From NCBI GenBank assembly GCA_963727525.1, contig CAVSGO010000007.1, positions 800,001 to 864,000 of the forward strand: a stretch of DNA of 64,000 nucleotides, written 5' to 3'. The DNA comes from an uncultured bacterium. GTDB taxonomy: Bacteria > Krumholzibacteriota > Krumholzibacteriia > LZORAL124-64-63. Below the pieces are notes generated by a model that saw only the letters and a program-made list of their open reading frames with translations, was not told the origin of the DNA and made no database searches. This document shows positions 26,869-35,706 of the stretch, piece by piece. A program made the translations under genes and the position numbers. Position 1 is the first letter of the stretch. Every line of letters begins with the position of its first letter.

Positions 26869-27569
26869 TGCGCGCGTTGTGGGGCGTGGTGGCACTCGCG
26901 CTCGTCGCGTCGGCGCCGCTGCTGCAGCACCAACTCGCCGCGCAACCGCGATCCGAACGTGCGCAGGAGCGTCTGTACTATCCCGACGGCGCGCATCTGC
27001 ACGCGGCGTCGCTCGGCTTCAGCGCGCCGGCAGCCGACTACCTCTGGCTGCAGACCACGCAGTACTACGGCGCCTATCGCTGCGGCGAGCACGACCTGCA
27101 GTATTTCGACGGCCTGGTCGCCGCCGTCACGCAACTCGACCCGCGCTTCGTCGACGCCTACGTCTTCTACTCCCTGGTCCTCTGCATGGACACCGGCGAG
27201 TACGACCACGCCGTCGACCAGCTCAAGCGCGGTATCCTCGCCAATCCCGGCGACTGGCAGTTGCCCTTCAACGTGGGCTTCATCTACTACGTCTTCGAGC
27301 ATCGGTACGACGAGGCCTCGATGTGGTTCGAGCACGCGGCCAGCCTCGACGGTGCCAGCGACTTCTGCCGCCGCTTCGCCGCGTTCGCCAAGCGGCGCAG
27401 CGGCGATCGTCGGGGCTCGTTGTTGCTGTGGCAGGAACTGCGTCGCACCACCGATAGTCCGGACATGCGGGCCCTCGCCGACACGATGATCGGCAAGCTG
27501 CAAGGCGAAATGCAGAACGACGGGTTGCCGCAGCACGCACCGTCGAATCCCGCGAAAGCAGGTCTGTGA
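26868..27569 (+). CDS. Pilus-associated TPR-like protein (Myxococcus PilG-like)
   Basis: N-terminal hydrophobic helix, ADYLWLQ..QYYG, LDPRF, W.LPF..GF.YY motifs; TGATG coupling. Confidence 0.7.
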   Translation: MRALWGVVALALVASAPLLQHQLAAQPRSERAQERLYYPDGAHLHAASLGFSAPAADYLWLQTTQYYGAYRCGEHDLQYFDGLVAAVTQLDPRFVDAYVFYSLVLCMDTGEYDHAVDQLKRGILANPGDWQLPFNVGFIYYVFEHRYDEASMWFEHAASLDGASDFCRRFAAFAKRRSGDRRGSLLLWQELRRTTDSPDMRALADTMIGKLQGEMQNDGLPQHAPSNPAKAGL

Positions 27570-28330
27570 TGACCCTCGTGATCGTCCTTGCCGCACTTCT
27601 CGGGGCCTGCCTGGGCAGCTTCGGGAACGTGCTCATCTACCGTTTGCCCCGCAACGAGAGCCCGGCCCGCGGCCGCTCGCGCTGCCCCGCGTGCGGGGAG
27701 ACCATCGCTTGGTACGACAACGTTCCCGTGCTGAGCTGGGTCCTGCTGCGCGGCCATTGTCGCCGCTGCCACACCGGCATCAGCGTACGCTATCCGCTGG
27801 TCGAACTGGCCGGGGCGGCCTTCGCCACCTTGGCCGTCGCCCTGCTCGGACTGACCTGGGCGGCCCTCGCGGCTTTCATCTTCCTCTACCTGCTGGGCGC
27901 GATCGCCCTGATCGACTGGCAGCACATGATCATCCCGCACACCCTCTCGGTGGCGGGCATGGCCTGCGGCCTCGCCCTCGCGCCTCGCACCGGCCTCGGG
28001 ATCGGGCATGCGTTGCTCGGGATGGGGGTGGGCGCGGCCGTGGTGCTGGCCCTGTCGTACGGCTACAAGCTGGTGCGCGGACAGGTAGGCATGGGTGACG
28101 GCGATGCCATGCTCATGGCCATGGTGGGCGCGTTCCTCGGACCCTGGGGCGTGGTGGGGGTGCTGGGGGGCGGCGCGCTGCTGGGCACGCTCTACGCCGT
28201 GGTGCGCGGCGGCGGACGCCTGGCCGGCGAGGCCAAGCTTCCCTTCGGCACTTTTCTCGCGGCGGCGGCGGCGGTGGTCTTCTGGGCCGGACCCGCGATC
28301 TGGCACTGGTATTCCGGCCTGTTCGCGTGA
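27569..28330 (+). CDS. pilD: Prepilin peptidase/N-methyltransferase
   Basis: GSFGNVLIYRLP, RSRCPAC...CRRC, IDW, GMGDGD, PFG. Confidence 0.93.
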   Translation: MTLVIVLAALLGACLGSFGNVLIYRLPRNESPARGRSRCPACGETIAWYDNVPVLSWVLLRGHCRRCHTGISVRYPLVELAGAAFATLAVALLGLTWAALAAFIFLYLLGAIALIDWQHMIIPHTLSVAGMACGLALAPRTGLGIGHALLGMGVGAAVVLALSYGYKLVRGQVGMGDGDAMLMAMVGAFLGPWGVVGVLGGGALLGTLYAVVRGGGRLAGEAKLPFGTFLAAAAAVVFWAGPAIWHWYSGLFA

Positions 28331-28418
28331 TGCGGCAGCTTCTGCCGCCGCGCGTGCACGATGCACAGGCGGTGGGTCTCGATGGCGCCTTCTGCCCACC
28401 ATCTCCCGGCGATAACGC

Positions 28419-28445
28419 TCAAGTGCCCTTGATTCCGGACGATTC
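28419..28445 (+). promoter_or_regulatory. Sigma-28-like promoter candidate (TCAA-N15-GACGATTC) before pilM
   Basis: Same motif and spacing as before pilR. Confidence 0.5.
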
Positions 28446-28451
28446 AACTTC

Positions 28452-28467
28452 TGGCATGCATGTTGCC
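28452..28467 (+). promoter_or_regulatory. Sigma-54 promoter candidate before pilM (TGGCATG-CATG-TTGCC)
   Basis: Correct -24/-12 spacing. Confidence 0.65.
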
Positions 28468-28533
28468 CCGTGATGCGGGCGGCGCCCGATCCGGGCGTGA
28501 TGGGATCGATCACCAGTCTAGAGGACGGCAGCG

Positions 28534-29700
28534 ATGTTCGGATTCCTCAAGCCAAAACCCAAGGCCCTCATCGGCCTGGATATCGGCTCCAACGTGGTCA
28601 AGTGCATCCGGCTGGATCTCACCAAGCCGCGGCCCGTGGTCACGCATTTCGCCATGGAAGATCTGCCGCCCGAGGCGATCGTCGATGGCGAGATCATGGA
28701 TCGCGACCTCGTGATCCAGGCCGTCACGGCCTGCGCCGCCAAGGCGAACCTGCCCAAGGAGCCTGTGGCCACCGCAGTGTCCGGGCGCGCCGTGATCGTG
28801 AAGAAGATCGTGATGGACAAGATGAGCGAGGACGACGCGCGCGAGGCCATCTACTGGGAGGCCGAGCAGCACGTGCCCTTCGACATCGACGACATCACGC
28901 TCGATTTCCAGATCCTCAACGGCGACATCGGTGCGGGCCAGATGGAGATCCTGCTCGTCGCCGCCAAGAAGGACATGGTGCAGAGCCACGCCGAATTGAT
29001 CCGCGACGCCGGTTTCGTGCCGCGGGTGATCGACGTGGCGTCGTTCGCCAACCAGAACGCCTGGGAGTTCCTGCACGACCTGGCCACCGAGCCGGCGGCC
29101 GCGGGCGAACCGGGCGGCCCGGCCATCGCCGGAGACGCGGACGAACTGGTCGAGCCCGCCGACGAGGGGGACCTGCCGGACGAAGAAGAGACCGCGGGCG
29201 AGTTCGTAGCCCTCCTGGATGTGGGCGGTGGCGTCACCAACGTGCACATCGTCAAGGACGGCGCGCCCTACTTCACGCGCGACCTGCCCATCGGCACGAG
29301 CCACTTCATCGAGGAGTTCCAGAAGCAGCTCGGCCTCACCTACGACACGGCCCAGCGCGTGGCTCGCGGGCACACCGACGAGGTCGATGCCCAGCTTGTT
29401 ACCGATATCGTCCGCTCCGTGGGCGCGGACATCTTTCAGGGCCTGGAGCCCTCGCTCTCCTATCTGAAAACCTCCGGCGAGGCCGAGGGTATCGACCGCA
29501 TCGTCCTCAGCGGCGGTGGTGCCAAGTTGCCTGGCCTGCTCGAATATCTCGGCGAGTGCTACCACGCTGCGGCCGAGATCGCCGACCCCATCAGCAACCT
29601 CGATTTCGATCCGGCCGTGTTCGGCGAGGTCGATCCCGAGGAGCTGAGTCCCATGCTCACGGTCAGCGTGGGCCTGGCGCTGCGAAAGGCGGTGGATTAG
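28534..29700 (+). CDS. pilM: Type IV pilus assembly protein PilM
   Basis: IGLDIGS, EAEQHVPF, LLDVGG, LSGGGAKL, GLALR. Confidence 0.93.
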   Translation: MFGFLKPKPKALIGLDIGSNVVKCIRLDLTKPRPVVTHFAMEDLPPEAIVDGEIMDRDLVIQAVTACAAKANLPKEPVATAVSGRAVIVKKIVMDKMSEDDAREAIYWEAEQHVPFDIDDITLDFQILNGDIGAGQMEILLVAAKKDMVQSHAELIRDAGFVPRVIDVASFANQNAWEFLHDLATEPAAAGEPGGPAIAGDADELVEPADEGDLPDEEETAGEFVALLDVGGGVTNVHIVKDGAPYFTRDLPIGTSHFIEEFQKQLGLTYDTAQRVARGHTDEVDAQLVTDIVRSVGADIFQGLEPSLSYLKTSGEAEGIDRIVLSGGGAKLPGLLEYLGECYHAAAEIADPISNLDFDPAVFGEVDPEELSPMLTVSVGLALRKAVD

Positions 29701-30279
29701 ATGATCCGCATCAACCTGCTGCCGCGCGACGAGGTCCCCGCGAACCGCAGTCTGAAGATACCGAGCCTCAGCACCTTCGCACCGCTCGTGCTGATCGCGA
29801 TCGCGGTGGGCGCGATGACCGTGATGTCGGTCTATCAGAACCAGAAGATCGGCTCGCTCCAGCAAGCCATCGCCGCCGACGAGGCGGAGAGCCGTCGCCT
29901 GGCGCCGGAGATCGCCAAGATCAAGCGCCTTGACGAGCAGCGTCAGAGCCTCAACCAGCGTCTCGACGTGATCACCGCTCTCGACCGCGATCGCTACTTC
30001 CGGGTGCACCTGCTCGACGAGCTGAACCGCGCGCTGCCCAGCAACATGTGGCTGATCCGATGCGAGAACACGAGTGGCGACAGCTACTCCATCGAGGGTG
30101 TGACCTTCTCGAATTTCCTGATCAGCGACCTGCTGCAGAATCTCGCGCGCTCGCCCTATTTCGACGGCGTGAGCCTGCAGATCGCCGAACGCGGCACGAT
30201 CGAGGACGTCGACGTGGTCAAGTTCAAGCTAGCGACGCGGGGCGTGCGCACGCCGCCCACCGCGACGTTCGGAGGCTGA
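29701..30279 (+). CDS. pilN: Type IV pilus assembly protein PilN
   Basis: MIRINLLP motif, TM, coiled coil. Confidence 0.92.
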   Translation: MIRINLLPRDEVPANRSLKIPSLSTFAPLVLIAIAVGAMTVMSVYQNQKIGSLQQAIAADEAESRRLAPEIAKIKRLDEQRQSLNQRLDVITALDRDRYFRVHLLDELNRALPSNMWLIRCENTSGDSYSIEGVTFSNFLISDLLQNLARSPYFDGVSLQIAERGTIEDVDVVKFKLATRGVRTPPTATFGG

Positions 30280-30282
30280 GTC

Positions 30283-30951
30283 GTGGATATCGACATCAAG
30301 GACCCCAAGCTTCTACGCTGGGCCGGGGCCGTGCTGGTCGTCCTCGTGGTGGTGCCGCTGTTTTTCATGTCGAGCGCCTACCCGATCACGTACGCCGCGC
30401 GGCAGACGAAGGTGCATGAGCTGGAGGCGCGGCACGAGGCGCTGGGCCGTGACCTCGAGAAGGCGCATCTGCTGGTGCGCAACCTCGCGCGCGTGGAGCA
30501 CGAATACGAGATCCTGCACGACCAGTGGGACGTGGCCAGCACGTTGCTGCCCGAGCAGAACGAGATGCCCAACCTGCTGCGCAAGGTGACGGCGGCGGGC
30601 AAGCAGTCGGGCATCGACTTCAAGCTGTTCCGGCCGGAACCGCTGGTTCCGCACCAGTTCTACACCGACAACCCGGTGGCGATCAAGGTCGTGGGCGGTT
30701 ACCACCAGACCGGCGTCTTCCTGAGCCGTCTGGCCAACCTGAACCGCATCGTCAACGTGGAGAACCTGAAGATGGTGGGCGCCACCGGCGACAAGGTCGG
30801 CGCGAACACTGTCGAGACCGAATTGACCCTGACGGCTTACACCCTGGGCGGCACCGGCGTCCCTGTGACCGATGGTCAGGGACGTCAGCTGGCCAGCGCG
30901 TCCGCCACCCCGGCACCGGCAACGGCGAAGACGTCGGCCGTAAAGAACTAG
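30283..30951 (+). CDS. pilO: Type IV pilus assembly protein PilO
   Basis: TM, LLPEQNEMPNLL, GGYHQ..FL, RIVNV. Confidence 0.9.
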   Translation: MDIDIKDPKLLRWAGAVLVVLVVVPLFFMSSAYPITYAARQTKVHELEARHEALGRDLEKAHLLVRNLARVEHEYEILHDQWDVASTLLPEQNEMPNLLRKVTAAGKQSGIDFKLFRPEPLVPHQFYTDNPVAIKVVGGYHQTGVFLSRLANLNRIVNVENLKMVGATGDKVGANTVETELTLTAYTLGGTGVPVTDGQGRQLASASATPAPATAKTSAVKN

Positions 30952-30961
30952 GAGACCGACC

Positions 30962-31438
30962 ATGCTCCGCATGATGCTGCGCTTCGTCATCGCACTCGTC
31001 GCCGCCATGGCGCTGGGCATGACCGTCTTCGCGGTCGACAACGCCAAGGCGCAAACCGACGAGTCGACCGGCGCGTCGCCCTCGCAGGAGGCGCGCGAGC
31101 GGATCAACGAGATCCGGGCCAACGAGTTTTTCTACCAGTCGTACGGCAAGGTCGACCCGTTCAAGCAGCTCGTCAACGGCAAATACGAGCAGGCTTCGGG
31201 CGCCGCCGAACTGGTCGATCTCAACAGCGCCAAGCTGGTGGGCGTGATGTGGGGCGAGGCCGATAGCTTTGCCCTCGTGGAGGACGGCGCAGGCTTCGGT
31301 TACATCCTGCGCGTCGGCGATCGTGTTCGCAACGGCCGCGTCGTGAGCATCCGGAAAGACGCCTTGACGGCCAGTATCACCCTGTACGGGATCACCAATT
31401 CGGTGGTCCTCAAACTCGACAAAGCGGAGGACAAGTGA
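30962..31438 (+). CDS. pilP: PilP-like protein
   Basis: DPF motif, KLVGVMW...ALVED..G.GYILRVGD; located between pilO and pilQ. Confidence 0.75.
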   Translation: MLRMMLRFVIALVAAMALGMTVFAVDNAKAQTDESTGASPSQEARERINEIRANEFFYQSYGKVDPFKQLVNGKYEQASGAAELVDLNSAKLVGVMWGEADSFALVEDGAGFGYILRVGDRVRNGRVVSIRKDALTASITLYGITNSVVLKLDKAEDK

Positions 31439-32793
31439 TGTTCGGACGGATCCGCACCACGCTGATTCTGGCGGCTGCCATGGTGGCCATGTTGCCGGCC
31501 CTGGCGACGGCGCAGGACGCGATGAACGCCACGCCGAATCCGGCAGACCAGGTCGGCCCGCGCGTGTCGCTGGACGTCCAGGACGCCGAGATCGGTACGG
31601 TCCTGCGCTCGCTGGCCAGTTACTCGGGCACCAATATCGTGGCCTCGCCGCGCGTGACGGGCAAGGTCACGGTGAAGCTGGAGGAGGTGCCTTGGCGCGA
31701 GGCGCTCACGGTGATCCTGCGTGCGCACAGCTTCGACTACGTCGAGGAGAACGGTGTGCTGCGCGTGGACACGGCCGATCAACTCCGCCAGGAGCGCGTC
31801 GCCGAGAAGATGGCGGAGAAGCAGGTCGATGACCTCGCCAAACTCACGCTGGGCATGGCCAATCTGCGCTATGCCAACGCGAAGGAAGTGAAGGACGCGC
31901 TGAAGGAGATGCTCACCGACCGCGGGAACATCGACATCGACGTTCGCACGAATTCGCTGCTCATCAACGACATCGCCGATCGCGTGGCGGTCATCCAGGC
32001 CATGGCGGAGAAGCTCGATACAGAGACGCCGCAGGTGGAGATCAACGCGCGCCTGGTCGACCTGGATACTCGCGCCACGCGCGATCTGGGCATCAGCTGG
32101 TCCGCGAACAACCTCCAGCCGGATGGCCAGAACGTCGTGGGCAACTTCTCGGTGGACAACACGCTCCAGGAGACGTCGGGCGACTTCCGCGTGGGCACGG
32201 TGCAGAACTTCGGCGACCTCATGCTACGGCTGCAGGCCCTCGAGAACGACAACAAGGCCCACCTGATCTCCAACCCGGTGATCACCACGACAGACAACCG
32301 CGAGGCCAGCATCCTCGTCGGCCAGAAAATCCCGCTGATCGTGGCCGACCAGGCGGGCAACGCCATCACGCAACTCACGACCATCGGTATCATGCTCAAG
32401 GTCACGCCGCACATCAACAACGAGAACCGCATCACCCTCGATGTGCATAATGAGGTGAGCGATCTCTCGAGCCAGGCCACGGTCCAGGGCGGCGTCATCA
32501 TCAACACCAGCGAGTCGGATACCCGGGTCATGGTGGAGAACGGCCAGACGGCGATCATCGCCGGGCTGATCCGTAACGTCGAGAGCAACCTGTACAGCGG
32601 CGTGCCAGTGCTGCAGGATATCCCGCTGCTCGGCCGTCTGTTCCGACACGAGACGCGGACGAAGAACGCGCGCGAGCTCGTCATCTTCGTCACGCCGCGC
32701 ATCGCGACCGACGAGTACATGCACCGCGGCACCCTCTCCGTGGACGGCACCATCCAGCGCACCGGCGACACGTTTACCTACGGCGACGAGTAG
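31438..32793 (+). CDS. pilQ: Type IV pilus secretin
   Basis: SLDVQDAEI, PQVEINARLV, VPVLQDIPLLGRLF, ELVIFVTPRI. Confidence 0.92.
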   Translation: MFGRIRTTLILAAAMVAMLPALATAQDAMNATPNPADQVGPRVSLDVQDAEIGTVLRSLASYSGTNIVASPRVTGKVTVKLEEVPWREALTVILRAHSFDYVEENGVLRVDTADQLRQERVAEKMAEKQVDDLAKLTLGMANLRYANAKEVKDALKEMLTDRGNIDIDVRTNSLLINDIADRVAVIQAMAEKLDTETPQVEINARLVDLDTRATRDLGISWSANNLQPDGQNVVGNFSVDNTLQETSGDFRVGTVQNFGDLMLRLQALENDNKAHLISNPVITTTDNREASILVGQKIPLIVADQAGNAITQLTTIGIMLKVTPHINNENRITLDVHNEVSDLSSQATVQGGVIINTSESDTRVMVENGQTAIIAGLIRNVESNLYSGVPVLQDIPLLGRLFRHETRTKNARELVIFVTPRIATDEYMHRGTLSVDGTIQRTGDTFTYGDE

Positions 32794-32828
32794 GTCCCGG
32801 ACAGCCGTGCCATCCGATCGCGCATCGT

Positions 32829-32858
32829 CCCGGGCCGGAGCCACCGCTCCGGCCCGGG
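32829..32858 (+). terminator. GC-rich hairpin after pilQ
   Basis: 13-bp stem CCCGGGCCGGAGC/GCTCCGGCCCGGG, loop CACC; no U-tract. Confidence 0.5.
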
Positions 32859-32907
32859 CGTCTGCCGGGATACGGGTGCCACCGATAGCAGCCGCCGATA
32901 CCAGCAC

Positions 32908-32936
32908 TTGCCCACGATGTCCCGGTGGCCTACAAT
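32908..32936 (+). promoter_or_regulatory. Sigma-70 promoter (TTGCCC-N17-TACAAT), probably leaderless for aroK
   Basis: -10 ends 7 nt before ATG 32943. Confidence 0.65.
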
Positions 32937-32942
32937 CGACGT

Positions 32943-33476
32943 ATGTGGATCTCTTTCATGGGGTTTCTCGCCGCCGGCAAGACCACCGTGGCTGCGAGCC
33001 TGGCGGCCGCGACCGGGCGGCGCGGCGTGGATGTGGACACGGTCGTGACCCGGCTCGCCGGGGCCTCGCTGCCGGAGATCTTCGCGCGTGGTGGGCCTGT
33101 CGAGATCCGGGATCGCGAGCACCGCGCGCTCCTCGACCTGCCGGCGGACGTGCCGCTGGTGGTGGCAACGGGGGCGGGCTGCGTGGAGTGGCCCGACACG
33201 CTCGAGCTCCTGCGCGAGAGGGGTCTCGTCGTGTGGCTCGATGCGCCCTGGACGACCACGCGACGTCGCCTGCAGGATCCGGAGGGACGCCATCGGGCCG
33301 AGGTGGGCCGGCTGGGCTGGGCTGGGCTCGCCGCCCTGGACGAGCGGCGCCGGCCCATGTATGCACGGGCCGCGCACCTGCGCTTGCTCACGGATCGACG
33401 TGATCCCACGGCCCTCGGCCGCATGGTGCTGGCGCGCGCGTTGCCCTGGCGAGCGAACCGCGGGGTGGCGGTGTGA
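32943..33476 (+). CDS. aroK: Shikimate kinase
   Basis: GFLAAGKTT, DVD, IF..GG....RDRE, VVATGAG, RRPMY. Confidence 0.85.
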   Translation: MWISFMGFLAAGKTTVAASLAAATGRRGVDVDTVVTRLAGASLPEIFARGGPVEIRDREHRALLDLPADVPLVVATGAGCVEWPDTLELLRERGLVVWLDAPWTTTRRRLQDPEGRHRAEVGRLGWAGLAALDERRRPMYARAAHLRLLTDRRDPTALGRMVLARALPWRANRGVAV

Positions 33477-34045
33477 GGATCGTCGCTGGACGCTGGCGTG
33501 GTCGCTCGCTCGTCGCGCCGGCGGGGCTGTCCGTGCGCCCGACCACGGACCGCGTGCGCGAGGCGCTCTTCGGCATCCTCGGCGCCGATGTGGTCGACGC
33601 CGAGGTGGCGGATCTCTGCTGCGGCAGCGGTGCCAACGGTCTGGAAGCCTTGAGCCGCGGTGCGGCAAGCGTCACGTTCGTGGACTCGGCGGCGGCCTCC
33701 CTGCGCGTGGTGCGCGAGAACCTGGCGCGGCTGGCCGTGACCCCGGCGCAGGCACGTGTGGCGCAGGCCGACGCGGTTACCTGGCTCCAGCGGCGACTGG
33801 CAGGCGCGCAGCCGCTCGTCATCGTCGCCGATCCGCCCTACGATGGGACCCTGGCCACGGACCTGCTGGCCACGCTGGCGAGCCGGCCAGGGCCCGTGGT
33901 CGTGGCGGTCGTCGAACACCCGTCCGATCGACCGCCGGCCTTGCCGGAGGGCGGCGCCTGGACGATCCAGACGCGGCGCTATGGCCGCAGCAGCCTCACG
34001 ATCCTGCGCCGGGAGGCGCCGGCAGCTCCGGGAGAGCCGTCATGA
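33473..34045 (+). CDS. rsmD: 16S rRNA (guanine966-N2) methyltransferase
   Basis: MRIVAG..RGR, RPTTDRVREALF, DL..GSG, EALSRGA, DPPY. Confidence 0.92.
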   Translation: MRIVAGRWRGRSLVAPAGLSVRPTTDRVREALFGILGADVVDAEVADLCCGSGANGLEALSRGAASVTFVDSAAASLRVVRENLARLAVTPAQARVAQADAVTWLQRRLAGAQPLVIVADPPYDGTLATDLLATLASRPGPVVVAVVEHPSDRPPALPEGGAWTIQTRRYGRSSLTILRREAPAAPGEPS

Positions 34046-34527
34046 GCGCTCGGTTGGTCCTGTATCCGGGTTCGTTCGACCCATTCACGCTCGGGCACCT
34101 CGACATCGTCGCCCGCGCGGCGCGCCTCTTCGACCGCGTGCTCGTGGTGGTGGCCGCCGATGCGAAAGCGGCCTGGCTGCCTCTCGAGCAGCGAGTGGAA
34201 CTGGTGCGTGCGTCCCTTGCCGGCCGCGACGGGTGCGACGTGGCGTCGTTTTCCGGGTTGCTCGTGGAGGAGGCGCGCCGACGCGGCGCGTGTGCGGTGG
34301 TGCGCGGGATCCGCAGCGCCGGCGATTATGAGCACGAGTGGTCGCTGGCCAACGTCAACGCGCGCCTGGCTGCGGATTTCGAGACGGTGTGCCTGCTCTC
34401 ACGCCCCGACCTGGCTGCGGTGAGCAGTTCGCTGGTGCGCGAGGTCGCTCGCCACGGCGGCGCGCTTTCCGCGCTCGTGCCCGCTCCGGTGGCCGCGGCG
34501 CTGGACCGCGCGCGCCGAACGTCGTAG
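34042..34527 (+). CDS. coaD: Phosphopantetheine adenylyltransferase
   Basis: YPGSFDPFTLGHLD, VRGIR, VSSSLVRE. Confidence 0.95.
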   Translation: MSARLVLYPGSFDPFTLGHLDIVARAARLFDRVLVVVAADAKAAWLPLEQRVELVRASLAGRDGCDVASFSGLLVEEARRRGACAVVRGIRSAGDYEHEWSLANVNARLAADFETVCLLSRPDLAAVSSSLVREVARHGGALSALVPAPVAAALDRARRTS

Positions 34528-34631
34528 TTTCGCGTGGTCGGCCGGGCCTTCCGGCCGGCGTCTTGCACGGCGTACCGCCAGGCGGTGGTGCGCCGTCGTC
34601 CTGACTCCACCCGTGTCCCGGTGAGTGTGCC

Positions 34632-35672
34632 GTGTTCCTCGACGTTGTCACCATCCAGGTTCTGGCAGGAAAGGGCGGCGACGGTTGCGTTTCCACCCGA
34701 CGGGAAAAGTACGTGCCGCGCGGCGGCCCCGACGGCGGCAACGGCGGCCGCGGTGGCGACGTCTGGCTCGAGGCCAACAGCCAGAGCACCACCCTGCTCG
34801 ACTTCCGCTACCGGCGCCGCTACGAGGCCGCCGCGGGCAAGCCGGGCAGCGGTCAGCGCATGACGGGGGCCGATGGCGAACCGGTGGTCATTCCGGTTCC
34901 GTGCGGTACGAGCGTCTTTTCGCGGAACGACGCGCCCGACGAGGACGCCGCTGGCGAGGAGATCCTCATGGGCGACCTCACCGATCCGGGCCAGCGCATC
35001 CTGGTGGCCCGTGGCGGCCGCGGCGGCAAGGGCAACTGGGAGTTCCGCAGCGCGCGCAACCAGACACCGATGAAGGCCACGCCGGGACGACCGGGCGATC
35101 AGCGCGAAATCCGTCTGGAGCTGAAGCTCATCGCCGACATCGGTCTCGTCGGAGCGCCGAATGCGGGCAAGAGCACGCTGCTCTCGGTGCTGACCGCGGC
35201 GCGTCCCAAGATCGCCGACTACCCGTTCACGACGCTGGTGCCGAACCTCGGCATCGTCGACCTCGGCCAATTCACGAGCTGCACCCTGGCCGACATCCCC
35301 GGCCTCATCGAGGGTGCGAGCGAGGGCAAGGGTCTCGGGCACGAGTTCCTGCGGCACATCGAACGCACGCGCGCGCTGCTGTACATGGTCGACGTGGCGC
35401 AGCCCGACGCCGGAGCCGCTCTCGACGGCCTGCGCGCCGAGCTCGAGGCGTACGGCCGGCGCCTGACCGACCTGCCCTTCGTCGTGGTGCTCACCAAGGC
35501 CGACCTCCTGCCGGCCGACGACCGCACCGAGGCCGTCGTCGCCGCCGCGCGCGCCTGGTGCGCGACGCACGGCGGGCGCGACACGTTGCTCATCTCGGCC
35601 GTGGCCGGCCTCGGCATGGACCCCCTGCGCCACGCCCTGCGACGTCTCTACGAGGGCGTGCGAGAGACCTGA
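34632..35672 (+). CDS. obgE: GTPase Obg/CgtA
   Basis: Gly-rich Obg domain, GAPNAGKST, DYPFTT, DIPG, TKAD. Confidence 0.96.
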   Translation: MFLDVVTIQVLAGKGGDGCVSTRREKYVPRGGPDGGNGGRGGDVWLEANSQSTTLLDFRYRRRYEAAAGKPGSGQRMTGADGEPVVIPVPCGTSVFSRNDAPDEDAAGEEILMGDLTDPGQRILVARGGRGGKGNWEFRSARNQTPMKATPGRPGDQREIRLELKLIADIGLVGAPNAGKSTLLSVLTAARPKIADYPFTTLVPNLGIVDLGQFTSCTLADIPGLIEGASEGKGLGHEFLRHIERTRALLYMVDVAQPDAGAALDGLRAELEAYGRRLTDLPFVVVLTKADLLPADDRTEAVVAAARAWCATHGGRDTLLISAVAGLGMDPLRHALRRLYEGVRET

Positions 35673-35706
35673 TCCCCGTCACCTTCCTCCCGGAAGGGAG
35701 CGGGCC

